Made by a program: the position numbers and the translations under genes. A stretch of DNA of 64,000 nt, from the NCBI GenBank assembly GCA_052034805.1, contig JBPOID010000007.1, positions 26,495-90,494 on the forward strand, written 5' to 3'. Below are positions 1 to 10,309 of this stretch, one piece after another. How positions within the stretch are numbered: the first letter of the stretch is position 1; each line of letters starts with the position of its first letter. The notes under the pieces were generated by a model. That model did no database searches, was not told the origin of the DNA, and saw only the letters and a program-made list of their open reading frames with translations. Source of the DNA: Candidatus Tayloriibacteriota bacterium (GTDB taxonomy: Bacteria > Patescibacteriota > Minisyncoccia > Phycocordibacterales > PALSA-1337).

Positions 1-145
1 AGTCGATTTGGAACTCTTTTTCTGAGAGTATTTCCATAGCCTCGACTCCGTCTTTTGCAGAGAGAACATCATGTCCAGATCTGGACAATAGTTGTTTAAC
101 TGCAAATGTCACCATATCCGTATCCTCGACGAGCAGGATCACCAT
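1..145 (-). CDS. Response regulator receiver domain protein (N-terminal part only, runs off window start)
   Basis: Reverse-strand translation MVILLVEDTDMVTFAVKQLLSRSGHDVLSAKDGVEAMEILSEKEFQID is a typical CheY-like receiver N-terminus. An AAGGAGG RBS lies 9 nt upstream of the ATG at 145. Confidence 0.55.
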   Translation of the reverse strand, partial: MVILLVEDTDMVTFAVKQLLSRSGHDVLSAKDGVEAMEILSEKEFQID

Positions 146-311
146 TTTTCTCACCTCCTTGTTTTTGGCAATCCTTATTCCATCTACAGTCCCAACCTTC
201 TGGCTTGTTGTGCCTGAGGTTTCTAGCAATGTTGTTAGCATCGTTTCCCTTTTTTTTACTGTGCTATTTCCGATTGTTGCGGAAATCTAGTAATATGATA
301 TCATCACATTT

Positions 312-1370
312 ATGAATAGTCAAGTAGCAAAGAAAAAGGTCTTTATCGGTATGTCGGGCGGAGTAGATAGCTCCGTTTCTGCCGCGATATTGAAAGATGC
401 CGGATACGATGTAACTGGTGTATTTATAAAGGTTTGGCAACCTGATTGGATACCGTGTACCGCAAAAGAAGACAGAATAGATGCTATGAGAGTAGCTTTG
501 GAGATTGGTATTCCATTTATCACTCTTGATCTAGAAAAGGAATACAAGAAAGAAGTTGTTGATTATATGATAGAAGAATATAAATCTGGTAGAACACCTA
601 ATCCAGATGTTATGTGTAATGCTTATGTTAAGTTCGGTGGCTTCTATAATTGGGCCATGTCACAAGGTGCAGACTTCGTTGCTACTGGACATTATGCAAG
701 AATAGAGAATGGAGAATTGAAAATGGGTGATGATAAGAATAAAGATCAAAGTTATTTCTTATGGACAATAAAGAAAGAGCAATTATCACATATAATTTTC
801 CCCGTAGGTAATATAGAGAAACCTGAAGTGAGAAAATTGGCAAAGAAATTCGGACTTTCTACAGCAGATAAGAAAGACAGTCAGGGTATATGCTTTATCG
901 GTAAAATTGATATAAAAGATTTTCTTTCACATTATATTCCTTTTGAAAGAGGAGATGTTCTAGATATGACAAATAAAGTTATTGGTTATCATAATGGTTC
1001 GTTCCTATACACTATAGGTGAAAGACATGGTTTTACTATTACAGAAAAGACTCCGAATGATCTTCCATATTATGTAATTTCAAAAGATATAAAGAAAAAC
1101 ACTATTACTGTTTCTAATAAAACAGAAAATAATGAACTTCCAAACGGTATTAAACAAATAAAATTAAGAAATATAAATTGGATAAATGAAAAGCCAAAAA
1201 TTGGTTATGTATTGGAAGCGCGTTCAAGATATAGACAAGAATTAAATAAAATAAAAATAATAGGAGAGGATACTATAGAGTTCGAAAAGCCACAATATAC
1301 TATTTCTTCGGGACAATCATTAGTTATCTACTATAACAATACATGCCTAGGAGGAGGAATTATAGTATAA
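312..1370 (+). CDS. mnmA: tRNA-specific 2-thiouridylase MnmA
   Basis: N-terminal PP-loop SGGVDSS and the overall MnmA architecture, 352 aa. Confidence 0.8.
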   Translation: MNSQVAKKKVFIGMSGGVDSSVSAAILKDAGYDVTGVFIKVWQPDWIPCTAKEDRIDAMRVALEIGIPFITLDLEKEYKKEVVDYMIEEYKSGRTPNPDVMCNAYVKFGGFYNWAMSQGADFVATGHYARIENGELKMGDDKNKDQSYFLWTIKKEQLSHIIFPVGNIEKPEVRKLAKKFGLSTADKKDSQGICFIGKIDIKDFLSHYIPFERGDVLDMTNKVIGYHNGSFLYTIGERHGFTITEKTPNDLPYYVISKDIKKNTITVSNKTENNELPNGIKQIKLRNINWINEKPKIGYVLEARSRYRQELNKIKIIGEDTIEFEKPQYTISSGQSLVIYYNNTCLGGGIIV

Positions 1371-1377
1371 TCTTTTC

Positions 1378-2223
1378 ATGGAGAGAAATATAACTATTAC
1401 AAAAGCTAATGGTCAGAAAGAATTTTTTGATAAACAAAAACTTCTTCATTCACTTAGTAATGCTGGCGGTAATAATCAAATTGTAAATGATATCGTTAAT
1501 CATATAAGTAGTGAAATAAAAGATGGCACCACTACTTCTGATATATATAGACATGCCTTTGATCTTCTGAGAAATCATTCTGTGCCTATAGCTGTAAAAT
1601 ATTCTTTACGTAGAGCTATAGGGGAATTAGGTCCTGGTGGTTTCCCATTCGAAAGATTTGTTGCAAAAATATTTAATACTTGGGGTTATGAAGCCATCAC
1701 AGACCAAATAGTCATGGGTTCTTGTGTAGATCATGAAATAGATGTCGTAGCTTGGAGAGGAAATGACCTAGCTATGGTTGAAGCGAAATTCCATAATGAA
1801 TTCGGTATGAAATCAGATTTGAAAGTAGTTCTTTATGTAAAAGCTCGTTATGATGATCTTTCTAAAAAAGTATTTAATTTTGGCAATAAAGAAAGAAAAT
1901 TAACTGAAAAATATATTTTTACAAATACAAAGTTTACAGATAAAGCAATACAATACAGCAAATGCCAAGGATTAAGCCTAATAGGTTGGAATTATCCATT
2001 AAGTGGAAATCTTCATGATATTATAACCCAGTACAGATTGCATCCTATAACTAGTTTATCATTGTTGAATAATCAAAATAAAAAAGATTTAATAGACAGA
2101 GGAATACTTATCTGTACAGATTTGATAAATGATCCAAAAATATTAGATTCTATAGGTATAAATAAAGAAAATATAAAAAATATAATTTCTGAAGCGAATA
2201 TTGTTATAAATAGTAATAAATAA
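1378..2223 (+). CDS. ATP-cone domain fused to an Mrr-like (PD-(D/E)xK) restriction-endonuclease-type domain
   Basis: The N-terminus (ITKANGQKEFFDKQKLLHSL) resembles an ATP-cone. The central region (FERFVAKIFNTWGYEA...DHEIDVVAW...VEAKF) resembles the Mrr catalytic core. Confidence 0.45.
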   Translation: MERNITITKANGQKEFFDKQKLLHSLSNAGGNNQIVNDIVNHISSEIKDGTTTSDIYRHAFDLLRNHSVPIAVKYSLRRAIGELGPGGFPFERFVAKIFNTWGYEAITDQIVMGSCVDHEIDVVAWRGNDLAMVEAKFHNEFGMKSDLKVVLYVKARYDDLSKKVFNFGNKERKLTEKYIFTNTKFTDKAIQYSKCQGLSLIGWNYPLSGNLHDIITQYRLHPITSLSLLNNQNKKDLIDRGILICTDLINDPKILDSIGINKENIKNIISEANIVINSNK

Positions 2224-2227
2224 TACT

Positions 2228-2821
2228 ATGTCAAAAATAGAAGAAATGAAAAAGATTCATGATGAAATCTTGGTTTTAAAGGCCTCGCCATTATATGAAT
2301 ATAGAGTTTCTAATAAATATTTTCCAGTTATAGGTGAAGGCAGTCATGATTCAGAAATAATGTTTATTGGTGAAGCTCCAGGTAGAAATGAAGCCAAAAC
2401 AGGAAAACCATTCTGTGGTGCTGCGGGCAAAGTATTGGATGAATTATTGAATCATGTAGGTATAGATAGAAAAAATATTTATATTACAAATATTGTGAAA
2501 GATAGACCACCAGAAAACAGAGATCCATCAGCCAAAGAAATAGAAATATACGGCCCATTCCTAGATAGACAAATAAATATAATAAAACCAAAAGCAATAG
2601 TAACATTGGGTCGTTATGCTATGGGATATATAATGGAGAAATTTGATTTAGGTTTGGAACTTGAACCTATAAGCAAAGCCCATGGCAAATCCTATTCCGG
2701 CAAGGCTTCGTATGGTAATGTAGATATTATTGCTTTATATCATCCATGTGTGGCAGTATATAATCCAAATAATATAAATAAATTAAAAGAAGATTTTATT
2801 ATACTGAAGAATTATATATAA
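2228..2821 (+). CDS. Uracil-DNA glycosylase, family 4
   Basis: Motifs GEAPGRNEAKTGKPFCGAAGKVLDELL and a C-terminal HP region are characteristic of family-4 UDG. Confidence 0.75.
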   Translation: MSKIEEMKKIHDEILVLKASPLYEYRVSNKYFPVIGEGSHDSEIMFIGEAPGRNEAKTGKPFCGAAGKVLDELLNHVGIDRKNIYITNIVKDRPPENRDPSAKEIEIYGPFLDRQINIIKPKAIVTLGRYAMGYIMEKFDLGLELEPISKAHGKSYSGKASYGNVDIIALYHPCVAVYNPNNINKLKEDFIILKNYI

Positions 2822-2842
2822 GATAAGGATTATAAATATCAT

Positions 2843-4630
2843 ATGAAAAAAACAAAAAGAATTAAGAATAAAATAAATACAGAATGGAATCTGAAGCTTT
2901 TATATAGTGGATATAATGATGCAAAGATAGAAAAAGATATAGAAAATACAGAAAAGATGATAAATGATTTCGCTTCCAAATATGATATTTCTGATAAGAA
3001 TTATTTAAAAGATGAAAATGCTTTATACGAAATATTATCTGATTATGAAAGATTAAGTGAAATTACAGAGAATAATGCTATTACTTATTTTTCTCTATCA
3101 CAAGATCTAAATGCAAATGATAGAATCGCTAGTTCAAAACTAGCTTTACTTTCTAATCGTATGGCAAAGCTTGGTAATAAATTAACATTCTTCGAAATCT
3201 CAATAGGGAAAATAGAAAAGGATTTACAAGATAAATTCCTCAAAAGTGATAAACTCAAACATTTTAGAGTATTTTTGAAAAGAATTTTTGATGATGCAAA
3301 ATATTCATTATCTATACCAGAAGAGAAAATAATGAGCTTGAAATCACAACCAGCTTATGAAATGTGGGTTTCTGGCAATGAAAAGATTTTGAATATGAAA
3401 ACTATTAAGTTTAAAGGTGAAGTTATGCCTATTTCGAAGGCTATGAGCACTATGCGTTATCTTTCTAAATCTGCTGATAGAGAGAAATTAAGTACAGAGA
3501 TAAATAAAGTCCTAAAAGAAGTAGCATCTTTTTCTGAGGCCGAAATAAATGCTGTTATTACAAATAAAAAGATAAATGATGAATTAAGAGGTTATAAGAC
3601 ACCTTATGAAAACAGAATAGTAAGTTGTGAAAATGATTCAAAAGTCGTAGATGATCTAGTAAATATAGTTACTCAAGGTTTCCGTATATCACATAAGTTT
3701 TACAAATTAAAAGCAAAATTATTAAATAAAAAGAGATTAAGTTATGAAGATAGATCTGTAAGTATCGGTAAAATAAAATCATCTTTTAGTTTCAATGATT
3801 CTATATCTTTATTCAAAAAGACTTTAGATAATGTAGATAATAAATTCACAGAGATTCTAAATAGTTATTTAGAAAATGGCCAAATAGATGTATATCCGAA
3901 AATAGGGAAGACTGGCGGTGCTTATTGCGCTGGTTCCTATAAAACACCAACTTTTGTATTATTGAATCATGTTGATGGATTGAATTCATTTTCGACTTTA
4001 GCACATGAGATGGGACACGCTTTCCACACTGAACTCTCCAAATCACAAGGAATCCTATACCATGGATATTCTACTTCACTAGCAGAAACAGCAAGTACAT
4101 TATTTGAAGCATTAGCTTTTGAGAGTGTTTTTGAAAAATTATCACCAAAAGAACAAATAATAGTATTACACGATAGAATAAGTGATGATATCTCCACAGT
4201 TTTCAGACAAATAGCTTGTTTTAATTTTGAATTAGAACTTCACAATACTATACGTGAAAAAGGATTTTTATCTAAAGAAGAAATAGCAAATATTCATAAT
4301 AAAAATATGAAAGCTTATCTAGGTCCCAATTTTGATCTAAAAGAAGATGATGGTTATTTCTTTGTTGTTTGGAGTCATATAAGAAATTTCTTTTATGTAT
4401 ATACCTATGCTTATGGTCAACTTGTAAGCAAGGCACTTTTTGCAAAATATAAAGAAGATAAAAACTTTTGGAAATCAATAGATAGATTCCTAAGTTCAGG
4501 TGGAAAGGCTAGTCCAGAAGAAATATTAAAGGAAATAGGTCTTGATGTTTATAATGGTGAGGTTTGGAAAAAAGGATTGGCTCAAATAGAGAGTGATATA
4601 GATAGATTGGAGAAATTGACTAAAATTTGA
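2843..4630 (+). CDS. pepF: Oligoendopeptidase F (M3 family metallopeptidase)
   Basis: HEMGHAFH zinc-binding HExxH motif, 595 aa, M3B-like layout. Confidence 0.75.
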   Translation: MKKTKRIKNKINTEWNLKLLYSGYNDAKIEKDIENTEKMINDFASKYDISDKNYLKDENALYEILSDYERLSEITENNAITYFSLSQDLNANDRIASSKLALLSNRMAKLGNKLTFFEISIGKIEKDLQDKFLKSDKLKHFRVFLKRIFDDAKYSLSIPEEKIMSLKSQPAYEMWVSGNEKILNMKTIKFKGEVMPISKAMSTMRYLSKSADREKLSTEINKVLKEVASFSEAEINAVITNKKINDELRGYKTPYENRIVSCENDSKVVDDLVNIVTQGFRISHKFYKLKAKLLNKKRLSYEDRSVSIGKIKSSFSFNDSISLFKKTLDNVDNKFTEILNSYLENGQIDVYPKIGKTGGAYCAGSYKTPTFVLLNHVDGLNSFSTLAHEMGHAFHTELSKSQGILYHGYSTSLAETASTLFEALAFESVFEKLSPKEQIIVLHDRISDDISTVFRQIACFNFELELHNTIREKGFLSKEEIANIHNKNMKAYLGPNFDLKEDDGYFFVVWSHIRNFFYVYTYAYGQLVSKALFAKYKEDKNFWKSIDRFLSSGGKASPEEILKEIGLDVYNGEVWKKGLAQIESDIDRLEKLTKI

Positions 4631-4642
4631 TATATTTGTTCT

Positions 4643-6433
4643 ATGAAATCAGAAGATATACGCTTAAGATTCTTAAAATTCTTTGAGAAAAGAGGCCATA
4701 AGATAATACCTTCGGCTTCTCTTATTACTCCCGATAATAAAGGTATTACTAATTCTACTTTATTCAATACTGCTGGTATGCAACCTCTCATACCTTATCT
4801 TCTAGGTAAGGCTCATGAATCTGGAAGTAATAGATTGGTAGATGTTCAGAAATGTATTAGAACTGTTGATATAGATAGTATAGGTGACAAGACTCATGCT
4901 ACATTTTTCGAAATGTTAGGTAACTGGTCTCTGGGTGATTATTTTAAAGAAGATGCAATAAAATGGAGTTATGAATTTCTTACTTCAAAAGAAGAAGGAT
5001 TAGGTCTTGATCCTAAAAGACTTTATGTAACTGTTTTCGAGGGTGATGAAATAGCAAAAAGGGATGAAGAAGCTGTTTCCATCTGGCAGAAAATCTTTCA
5101 AGAAAATAAAATAGAAGGAAATAGGATTTTCTATTTACCTAAAGAGAATAATTGGTGGGAAGCAGGAGACAATGGTCCATGTGGTCCTGATAGTGAAATG
5201 TATTATGATGTATTGAATAAATTCAATGGTAGAGGTTTAAGTCATGAGGAATTCTTGAAGGCTGATGAGGCAAGAGATATTGTAGAGATATGGAATGATG
5301 TCTTTATGCAATATGAGAAAAAAGATGGAAAGGTTATAGGCAAATTACCGAAACCTTCTGTAGATACTGGAGCAGGACTCGAGAGATTAGCTATGGTTAT
5401 ACAAAATGTAGATAATATCTATGATACTGATTTATTGAAACCGATAATGGATAAAATAGAAGAGAATTCTAATTCTGGATTTATAAGAGAGAAGAGAATA
5501 ATATCCGATCATATGAGATCTTCTATTTTTCTTATTGGAGATGGGGTAATACCTTCTAATACCGACAGAGGTTATATTCTAAGAAGACTTCTAAGAAGAG
5601 CTATTAGATATTCAAAGACTATTGATTTGAAAATAAAATTATCTGATTTATTAGACTCAGTTAATATAATCTATAAAGATAGATATAGTGAAATAAAAAG
5701 TAATAATATAAAAGAAGAAATAGATAAAGAAGTAGAAAGATTCGAAAAAACATTAGAAATAGGTTTGAAAGAATTCACTAAAGGCAAAGATGCTTTCACT
5801 CTATTTTCAAGTTATGGTTTTCCTATAGAACTTACTATAGAACTTGCAAAAGAAAAGGGTATAGAAATTGATATGAAGAAATTTGAAGAAGAATTCAAGA
5901 AACATCAGGATCTTTCTCGTTCTGGAGCAGAGCAGAAATTCAAAGGTGGACTTGCAAATCCAAATGATAATACTGTTGTGAGATATCATACCGCTACACA
6001 TCTTCTACATCAGGCTTTACATGATGTATTGGGTGATGGAATAATGCAAAAAGGTTCAAATATAACTACAGAAAGACTACGTTTTGATTTCTCTCATAAT
6101 GGAAAAATGACAGATGAAGAAAAAAAGAAAGTAGAAGATATAGTAAATACAAAAATAAAGGAATCTCTACCAGTAAATATGGTAATTATGCCAAAGCTAG
6201 AAGCAGAGAAAACCGGAGCAAGGCATTTCTTTGGTGAGAAATATGGAGATGAAGTATCTATATATTTTATAGGTAATACTTTGGAATCAGCATATTCAAA
6301 AGAATTCTGTGGTGGACCTCATGTAAAGAATACAAAAGAAATATCTGGAGAAAAAGGTGAATTAAAGTTTAAAATAGCCAAAGAAGAAGCCGTAGCACAA
6401 GGAATAAGAAGAATAAAAGCGGTTTTAGTATAA
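4643..6433 (+). CDS. alaS: Alanine--tRNA ligase, compact form lacking the C-terminal C-Ala domain
   Basis: AlaRS N-terminus (RFLKFFEKRGHKIIPSASLI...FNTAGMQP), WWEAGDNGPCGPDSEMYYD, editing-domain HxxxH (HTATHLLHQALH) and CxxxH (CGGPHV). The protein is only 596 aa. Confidence 0.8.
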   Translation: MKSEDIRLRFLKFFEKRGHKIIPSASLITPDNKGITNSTLFNTAGMQPLIPYLLGKAHESGSNRLVDVQKCIRTVDIDSIGDKTHATFFEMLGNWSLGDYFKEDAIKWSYEFLTSKEEGLGLDPKRLYVTVFEGDEIAKRDEEAVSIWQKIFQENKIEGNRIFYLPKENNWWEAGDNGPCGPDSEMYYDVLNKFNGRGLSHEEFLKADEARDIVEIWNDVFMQYEKKDGKVIGKLPKPSVDTGAGLERLAMVIQNVDNIYDTDLLKPIMDKIEENSNSGFIREKRIISDHMRSSIFLIGDGVIPSNTDRGYILRRLLRRAIRYSKTIDLKIKLSDLLDSVNIIYKDRYSEIKSNNIKEEIDKEVERFEKTLEIGLKEFTKGKDAFTLFSSYGFPIELTIELAKEKGIEIDMKKFEEEFKKHQDLSRSGAEQKFKGGLANPNDNTVVRYHTATHLLHQALHDVLGDGIMQKGSNITTERLRFDFSHNGKMTDEEKKKVEDIVNTKIKESLPVNMVIMPKLEAEKTGARHFFGEKYGDEVSIYFIGNTLESAYSKEFCGGPHVKNTKEISGEKGELKFKIAKEEAVAQGIRRIKAVLV

Positions 6434-6484
6434 ATAAACTATAGGAATATTCTAGTATAGATGTAGTCATGTTATAATATTTGT

Positions 6485-7627
6485 ATGTTTTCTTTGAATT
6501 CTAAAAAGAAAGAAGAATTATCTCTTGTATTGGATATACAAAGTGATCTCGTACGCGCTGCGGTAGTACAATTCTGTCCATTAGAAAAGCCCCATGTGAT
6601 ATATTCTCTATCACAGCATATTTCTTTTGATTCAAAATTGAATGCTTCTAGAATGACTGATCTTATGTTAAAGGCAGTTTCTGATATAGGTATGAAATTG
6701 GTTAAAGATGGAATAAAGGGTATAAAATCTGTACATTATGTATTTTCTTCACCATGGGTTATACCACAATCCAAGACCGTAAAGATAGAATATGAAAATG
6801 AAATAGAGATAAAGGATTCTGTTGTATTAAATATTATAAATAAAGAAAGAAAGGAATTAATAGCTAAATTCAAAGAAAATAATCTTAACAATGAATACGA
6901 ATTCGATATTTCTTTTATAGAAGAAAATGTCTTTGATGTTCGTTTGAATGGATATTCTGTAACTGATTATAAAGGCAAAAAAGCAAAATCATTGGAAATA
7001 TCTTTCGCTACAACACTTAGTTCATACAGAATATTAGATAGAATAGATAAAACAATAAAGAATACTTTAAAGATCAAAAAGGTACATTATCATTCTGCAT
7101 TATTATTGAGATATACAGCCCTTCGTTCACTTATCGATAACAAAGATGAGTATATATCAGTTCATATACATGGAGAGCTTACCGATATTGTAGTTGTAAA
7201 AAGGAATTTCAGTTCACATTTAGCTTCTTTTCCATTCGGCAGAACTACTATTTCTAGGAAATTATCTAATTCTACTAGAAGTACTATGCAGGCTATAGAT
7301 TCTTCTATATCTATGTATGAAGATGAAAGATTAGAAAGATCAGAACAACAGAAAATAATGAAACTCATTCAGCCTATAATAGAAGAATGGAAAAATCAGT
7401 TTATGAATTCAATAAAGAGTATGGGAGAAAATGAAGCAATACCGCATTCTGTATATTTATCTACTCATCGTCATTTTAAACTTTTTAAAAATATAATAGA
7501 GTCTGAGAAATTTGAGGTATTTACTATGGATGATAATTTCGTTGATAAGTCTGTAATATTCGATAGAGCCATAGATAGAAATTCAATAATAGGTATATAT
7601 GCATTTGCTCTAAATGATATGTTATAA
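6485..7627 (+). CDS. Hypothetical protein, divergent actin-like ATPase fold (PilM/FtsA-like)
   Basis: Phosphate-1-like LVLDIQSDLVRAAVV and phosphate-2/adenosine-like VHIHGELTDIVVV motifs resemble Hsp70/actin-fold ATPases. The canonical glycines are replaced. Confidence 0.3.
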   Translation: MFSLNSKKKEELSLVLDIQSDLVRAAVVQFCPLEKPHVIYSLSQHISFDSKLNASRMTDLMLKAVSDIGMKLVKDGIKGIKSVHYVFSSPWVIPQSKTVKIEYENEIEIKDSVVLNIINKERKELIAKFKENNLNNEYEFDISFIEENVFDVRLNGYSVTDYKGKKAKSLEISFATTLSSYRILDRIDKTIKNTLKIKKVHYHSALLLRYTALRSLIDNKDEYISVHIHGELTDIVVVKRNFSSHLASFPFGRTTISRKLSNSTRSTMQAIDSSISMYEDERLERSEQQKIMKLIQPIIEEWKNQFMNSIKSMGENEAIPHSVYLSTHRHFKLFKNIIESEKFEVFTMDDNFVDKSVIFDRAIDRNSIIGIYAFALNDML

Positions 7628-7639
7628 TTATTACAAATT

Positions 7640-9022
7640 ATGAATGAAAAAAGAGTTGTACAAGATATAGTTCCAGGAAAGAAGCGTACTATACGTAATC
7701 TTTCTGTAGATGATACACCTCCTCCTAGACCAAGATCAAAGAAATTAGAAAAAATAGATAATATAGAAAAGACAGATAAAACAGACAGAATATCCAGAGT
7801 AAGAGTAGTAGAGGATGATATAGAAGAAGTAGATAATAGGATAATAGAAGAGAGACTTCACAGAGGCAGTACTAGGAAGAAAAGAGTTTGGGGTACTTTG
7901 CTTACTTTCCTTATTATTTTTGTTGGGGTAGCCATAATAGCTACTGCAGCATCTTTGCTTTATCTAAAAGCTGTGATAACCGTAGTACCTAAAGTCGCTG
8001 ATATAGATGTTAGTGGAACATTTACCGCTATGAAAGATGCGAAATTCCCAGATCTTTCTTATGAAGTTATAATAGCTACGAGTTCAACTGAGCAATCCGT
8101 TCCTGCGACTTCTGGTCCAGCCATAAATACAAAGGCTAGTGGTACACTCTATCTATATAATGAACAAACTAATGCTCAGACATTACTCACAGGTACAAGA
8201 ATTGCTAGTATTCCAAGTATTGTATACAGAACTGTTTCAACCGCGGTAATACCGAAGGCAACTACAGTAAATGGCAAATTAATTCCAGGATCTATTTCTG
8301 TAAAGATAGTAGCTGATCAGGCGGGTAGTAATTATAATGCAAAAATCACAGATTCAATATTCAATATACTAGCTTTCAAAGGTACAGATAGATATGGCAA
8401 GGTATATGGAAAGATGAAAACAGATATAGTCGGAGGATTCAAGGGTAATAAAGAGATAATACCTAAAGATATAGAAAAGACAGCTATAGATAGTATGAAA
8501 GATAGTCTAAAAACAAAGCTATTAGATCAAGTAAAGAGAACTATAAAGTCTGATCATATATTTTTCCCTAATGCTTATAATATAGAATACAATGTTCTAG
8601 ATCCAGTAAAGAAAGATGATAATTATGCAAATCTAACTGTTGTAGCTACTATGTATGCTATGAATTTCAAGAATACTTCTTTTGTTAAATTTGTAGCCGA
8701 TAAAGATATGAACAAATTCCCATCTATAGAATACGATATACAAGGTTTAGATAAATTAAGTTTCTCAATTATTAATCAAAAAGATTTTTCATTAAAATCT
8801 GGTACACCTGTTAACTTTATATTGAAGGGTAGACTAGTATTAACTGGCAAATTCAATCAAGAAGATTTAAAAAATAAATTAAAAGGAATCAAATTAACAG
8901 AAAGTCCAACTGTATTTGGAGAATACAAAGCAATTGATAATGCTTATTCTAGAATATCTCCATTTTGGATGAGATCTTATCCTAATTCAATAAAAGATAT
9001 AACTATAGAGATAAAACATTGA
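7640..9022 (+). CDS. Hypothetical bitopic membrane protein (charged N-terminal region, one TM helix, large extracytoplasmic domain)
   Basis: Basic/acidic N-terminus, hydrophobic segment VWGTLLTFLIIFVGVAIIATAASLLYL, then a 350 aa Ser/Thr-rich domain. Tightly coupled to the upstream actin-like gene. Confidence 0.35.
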   Translation: MNEKRVVQDIVPGKKRTIRNLSVDDTPPPRPRSKKLEKIDNIEKTDKTDRISRVRVVEDDIEEVDNRIIEERLHRGSTRKKRVWGTLLTFLIIFVGVAIIATAASLLYLKAVITVVPKVADIDVSGTFTAMKDAKFPDLSYEVIIATSSTEQSVPATSGPAINTKASGTLYLYNEQTNAQTLLTGTRIASIPSIVYRTVSTAVIPKATTVNGKLIPGSISVKIVADQAGSNYNAKITDSIFNILAFKGTDRYGKVYGKMKTDIVGGFKGNKEIIPKDIEKTAIDSMKDSLKTKLLDQVKRTIKSDHIFFPNAYNIEYNVLDPVKKDDNYANLTVVATMYAMNFKNTSFVKFVADKDMNKFPSIEYDIQGLDKLSFSIINQKDFSLKSGTPVNFILKGRLVLTGKFNQEDLKNKLKGIKLTESPTVFGEYKAIDNAYSRISPFWMRSYPNSIKDITIEIKH

Positions 9023-9045
9023 CTTTTATATAATCCTTTGCTACG

Positions 9046-9315
9046 ATGGTGAGACGTGCTAAATTGATGCAACAAGATATCAATAATACCAATAATTTAA
9101 GGCAAAAAAATACAGCAAATTCATCTTATGGAGTTGTTGTAGAAGCATTGCCGAACACCTTATTTAGGGTCAAAATTGATGGTAAAGATGACATTGTAAT
9201 GGCATATTTGGCTGGTAAGATGAGAATGCACCGTATAAAGGTTCTTATAGGAGATAAGGTAGAACTTACTCTAGATCCATATGGTGGAAGGGCAAGGATT
9301 AGTAAAAGACTTTAA
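9046..9315 (+). CDS. infA: Translation initiation factor IF-1 (start may be internal)
   Basis: [57 protein letters not shown] matches the IF-1 S1-like fold. Confidence 0.85.
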   Translation: MVRRAKLMQQDINNTNNLRQKNTANSSYGVVVEALPNTLFRVKIDGKDDIVMAYLAGKMRMHRIKVLIGDKVELTLDPYGGRARISKRL

Positions 9316-9320
9316 ATATA

Positions 9321-9437
9321 ATGAAAGTAAAAGCTTCAGTAAAACCGATTTGTGCAAAATGTAGTGTGGTCCGAAGAAAAGGCTATGTATATGTGATTTG
9401 TTCTGCAAATCCTAGACATAAGCAAAGACAAGGTTAA
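9321..9437 (+). CDS. rpmJ: 50S ribosomal protein L36
   Basis: Not in the ORF track (under 60 aa). Translation [38 protein letters not shown] is a canonical L36 zinc ribbon. It sits between infA and rpsM as expected. Confidence 0.9.
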   Translation: MKVKASVKPICAKCSVVRRKGYVYVICSANPRHKQRQG

Positions 9438-9446
9438 AATATTTAT

Positions 9447-9827
9447 ATGCGTATATTAGGTATTACAATTCCAGATACTAAGCGACTTCCGATTGCGTTA
9501 ACGGAGCTTTATGGTATTGGTAGAGCTCGTGCTCTATTTATATTAAAGAGAGCAAAAGTTGATACAAATCTAACTTCAAAAGATCTATCAGTAGAACAAG
9601 AGAATGAAATAAGAAAAATAATAGAATCATTCAGAATAGAAGGAGATCTAAAAAGAGAGGTAGCTTCAAATATAAAGAGATTGAAAGATATAAAGACATA
9701 TAGAGGAATGCGTCATGCAAGAAAACTTCCTTCTCGTGGACAGAGAACAAAGACAAATTCTAGAACTCTAAGAGGAAATGTGAGAAAGACAATGGGTTCA
9801 GGAAGAAAGAAGGAAGAAAAGAAATAA
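9447..9827 (+). CDS. rpsM: 30S ribosomal protein S13
   Basis: MRILGITIPDTKRLPIALTELYGIGRARA... with a basic C-tail. Confidence 0.9.
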   Translation: MRILGITIPDTKRLPIALTELYGIGRARALFILKRAKVDTNLTSKDLSVEQENEIRKIIESFRIEGDLKREVASNIKRLKDIKTYRGMRHARKLPSRGQRTKTNSRTLRGNVRKTMGSGRKKEEKK

Positions 9828-9847
9828 TATTTTTATAAAATAATAAA

Positions 9848-10297
9848 ATGGGTAAAAAAAGAATTGTAACAACTGAGGGTGAAAAGAAAGAAGCATCAAA
9901 GGATGCAGCAGGTAATCCTGTAGCACCTAAACAAGTATCTTCTTCGAAGAGATTAGATTCTGGTATACTCCATGTTCAATCTACTTATAATAATACAAAG
10001 GTTTTGCTTACCGATAGAGATGGTAAGGCTATAATGTGGTCTTCAAGTGGATCTTTAGGATTCCGTGGTGCAAAGAAGGGTACACCTTTCGCAGCTGCGA
10101 AAGTTGGAGAAACTTTGGCTGTTAAAGCTCAGACTTATGGCTTAAAAGAAATAGATGTAGTAGTAAAGGGCGTAGGTTCTGGTAGAGAAAGTGCTATAAG
10201 AGGCTTTATTTCAAAGGGTGTGAACATTATTTCAATAAAGGATACAACACCAGTTCCTTTCAATGGACCACAATCAAAGAAACCAAGAAGAGTATAA
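9848..10297 (+). CDS. rpsK: 30S ribosomal protein S11
   Basis: GILHVQSTYNNTKVLLTDRDGKAIMWSSSGSLGFRGAKKGTPFAA is the S11 signature region. Confidence 0.9.
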   Translation: MGKKRIVTTEGEKKEASKDAAGNPVAPKQVSSSKRLDSGILHVQSTYNNTKVLLTDRDGKAIMWSSSGSLGFRGAKKGTPFAAAKVGETLAVKAQTYGLKEIDVVVKGVGSGRESAIRGFISKGVNIISIKDTTPVPFNGPQSKKPRRV

Positions 10298-10309
10298 TTT
10301 TATAATAAA

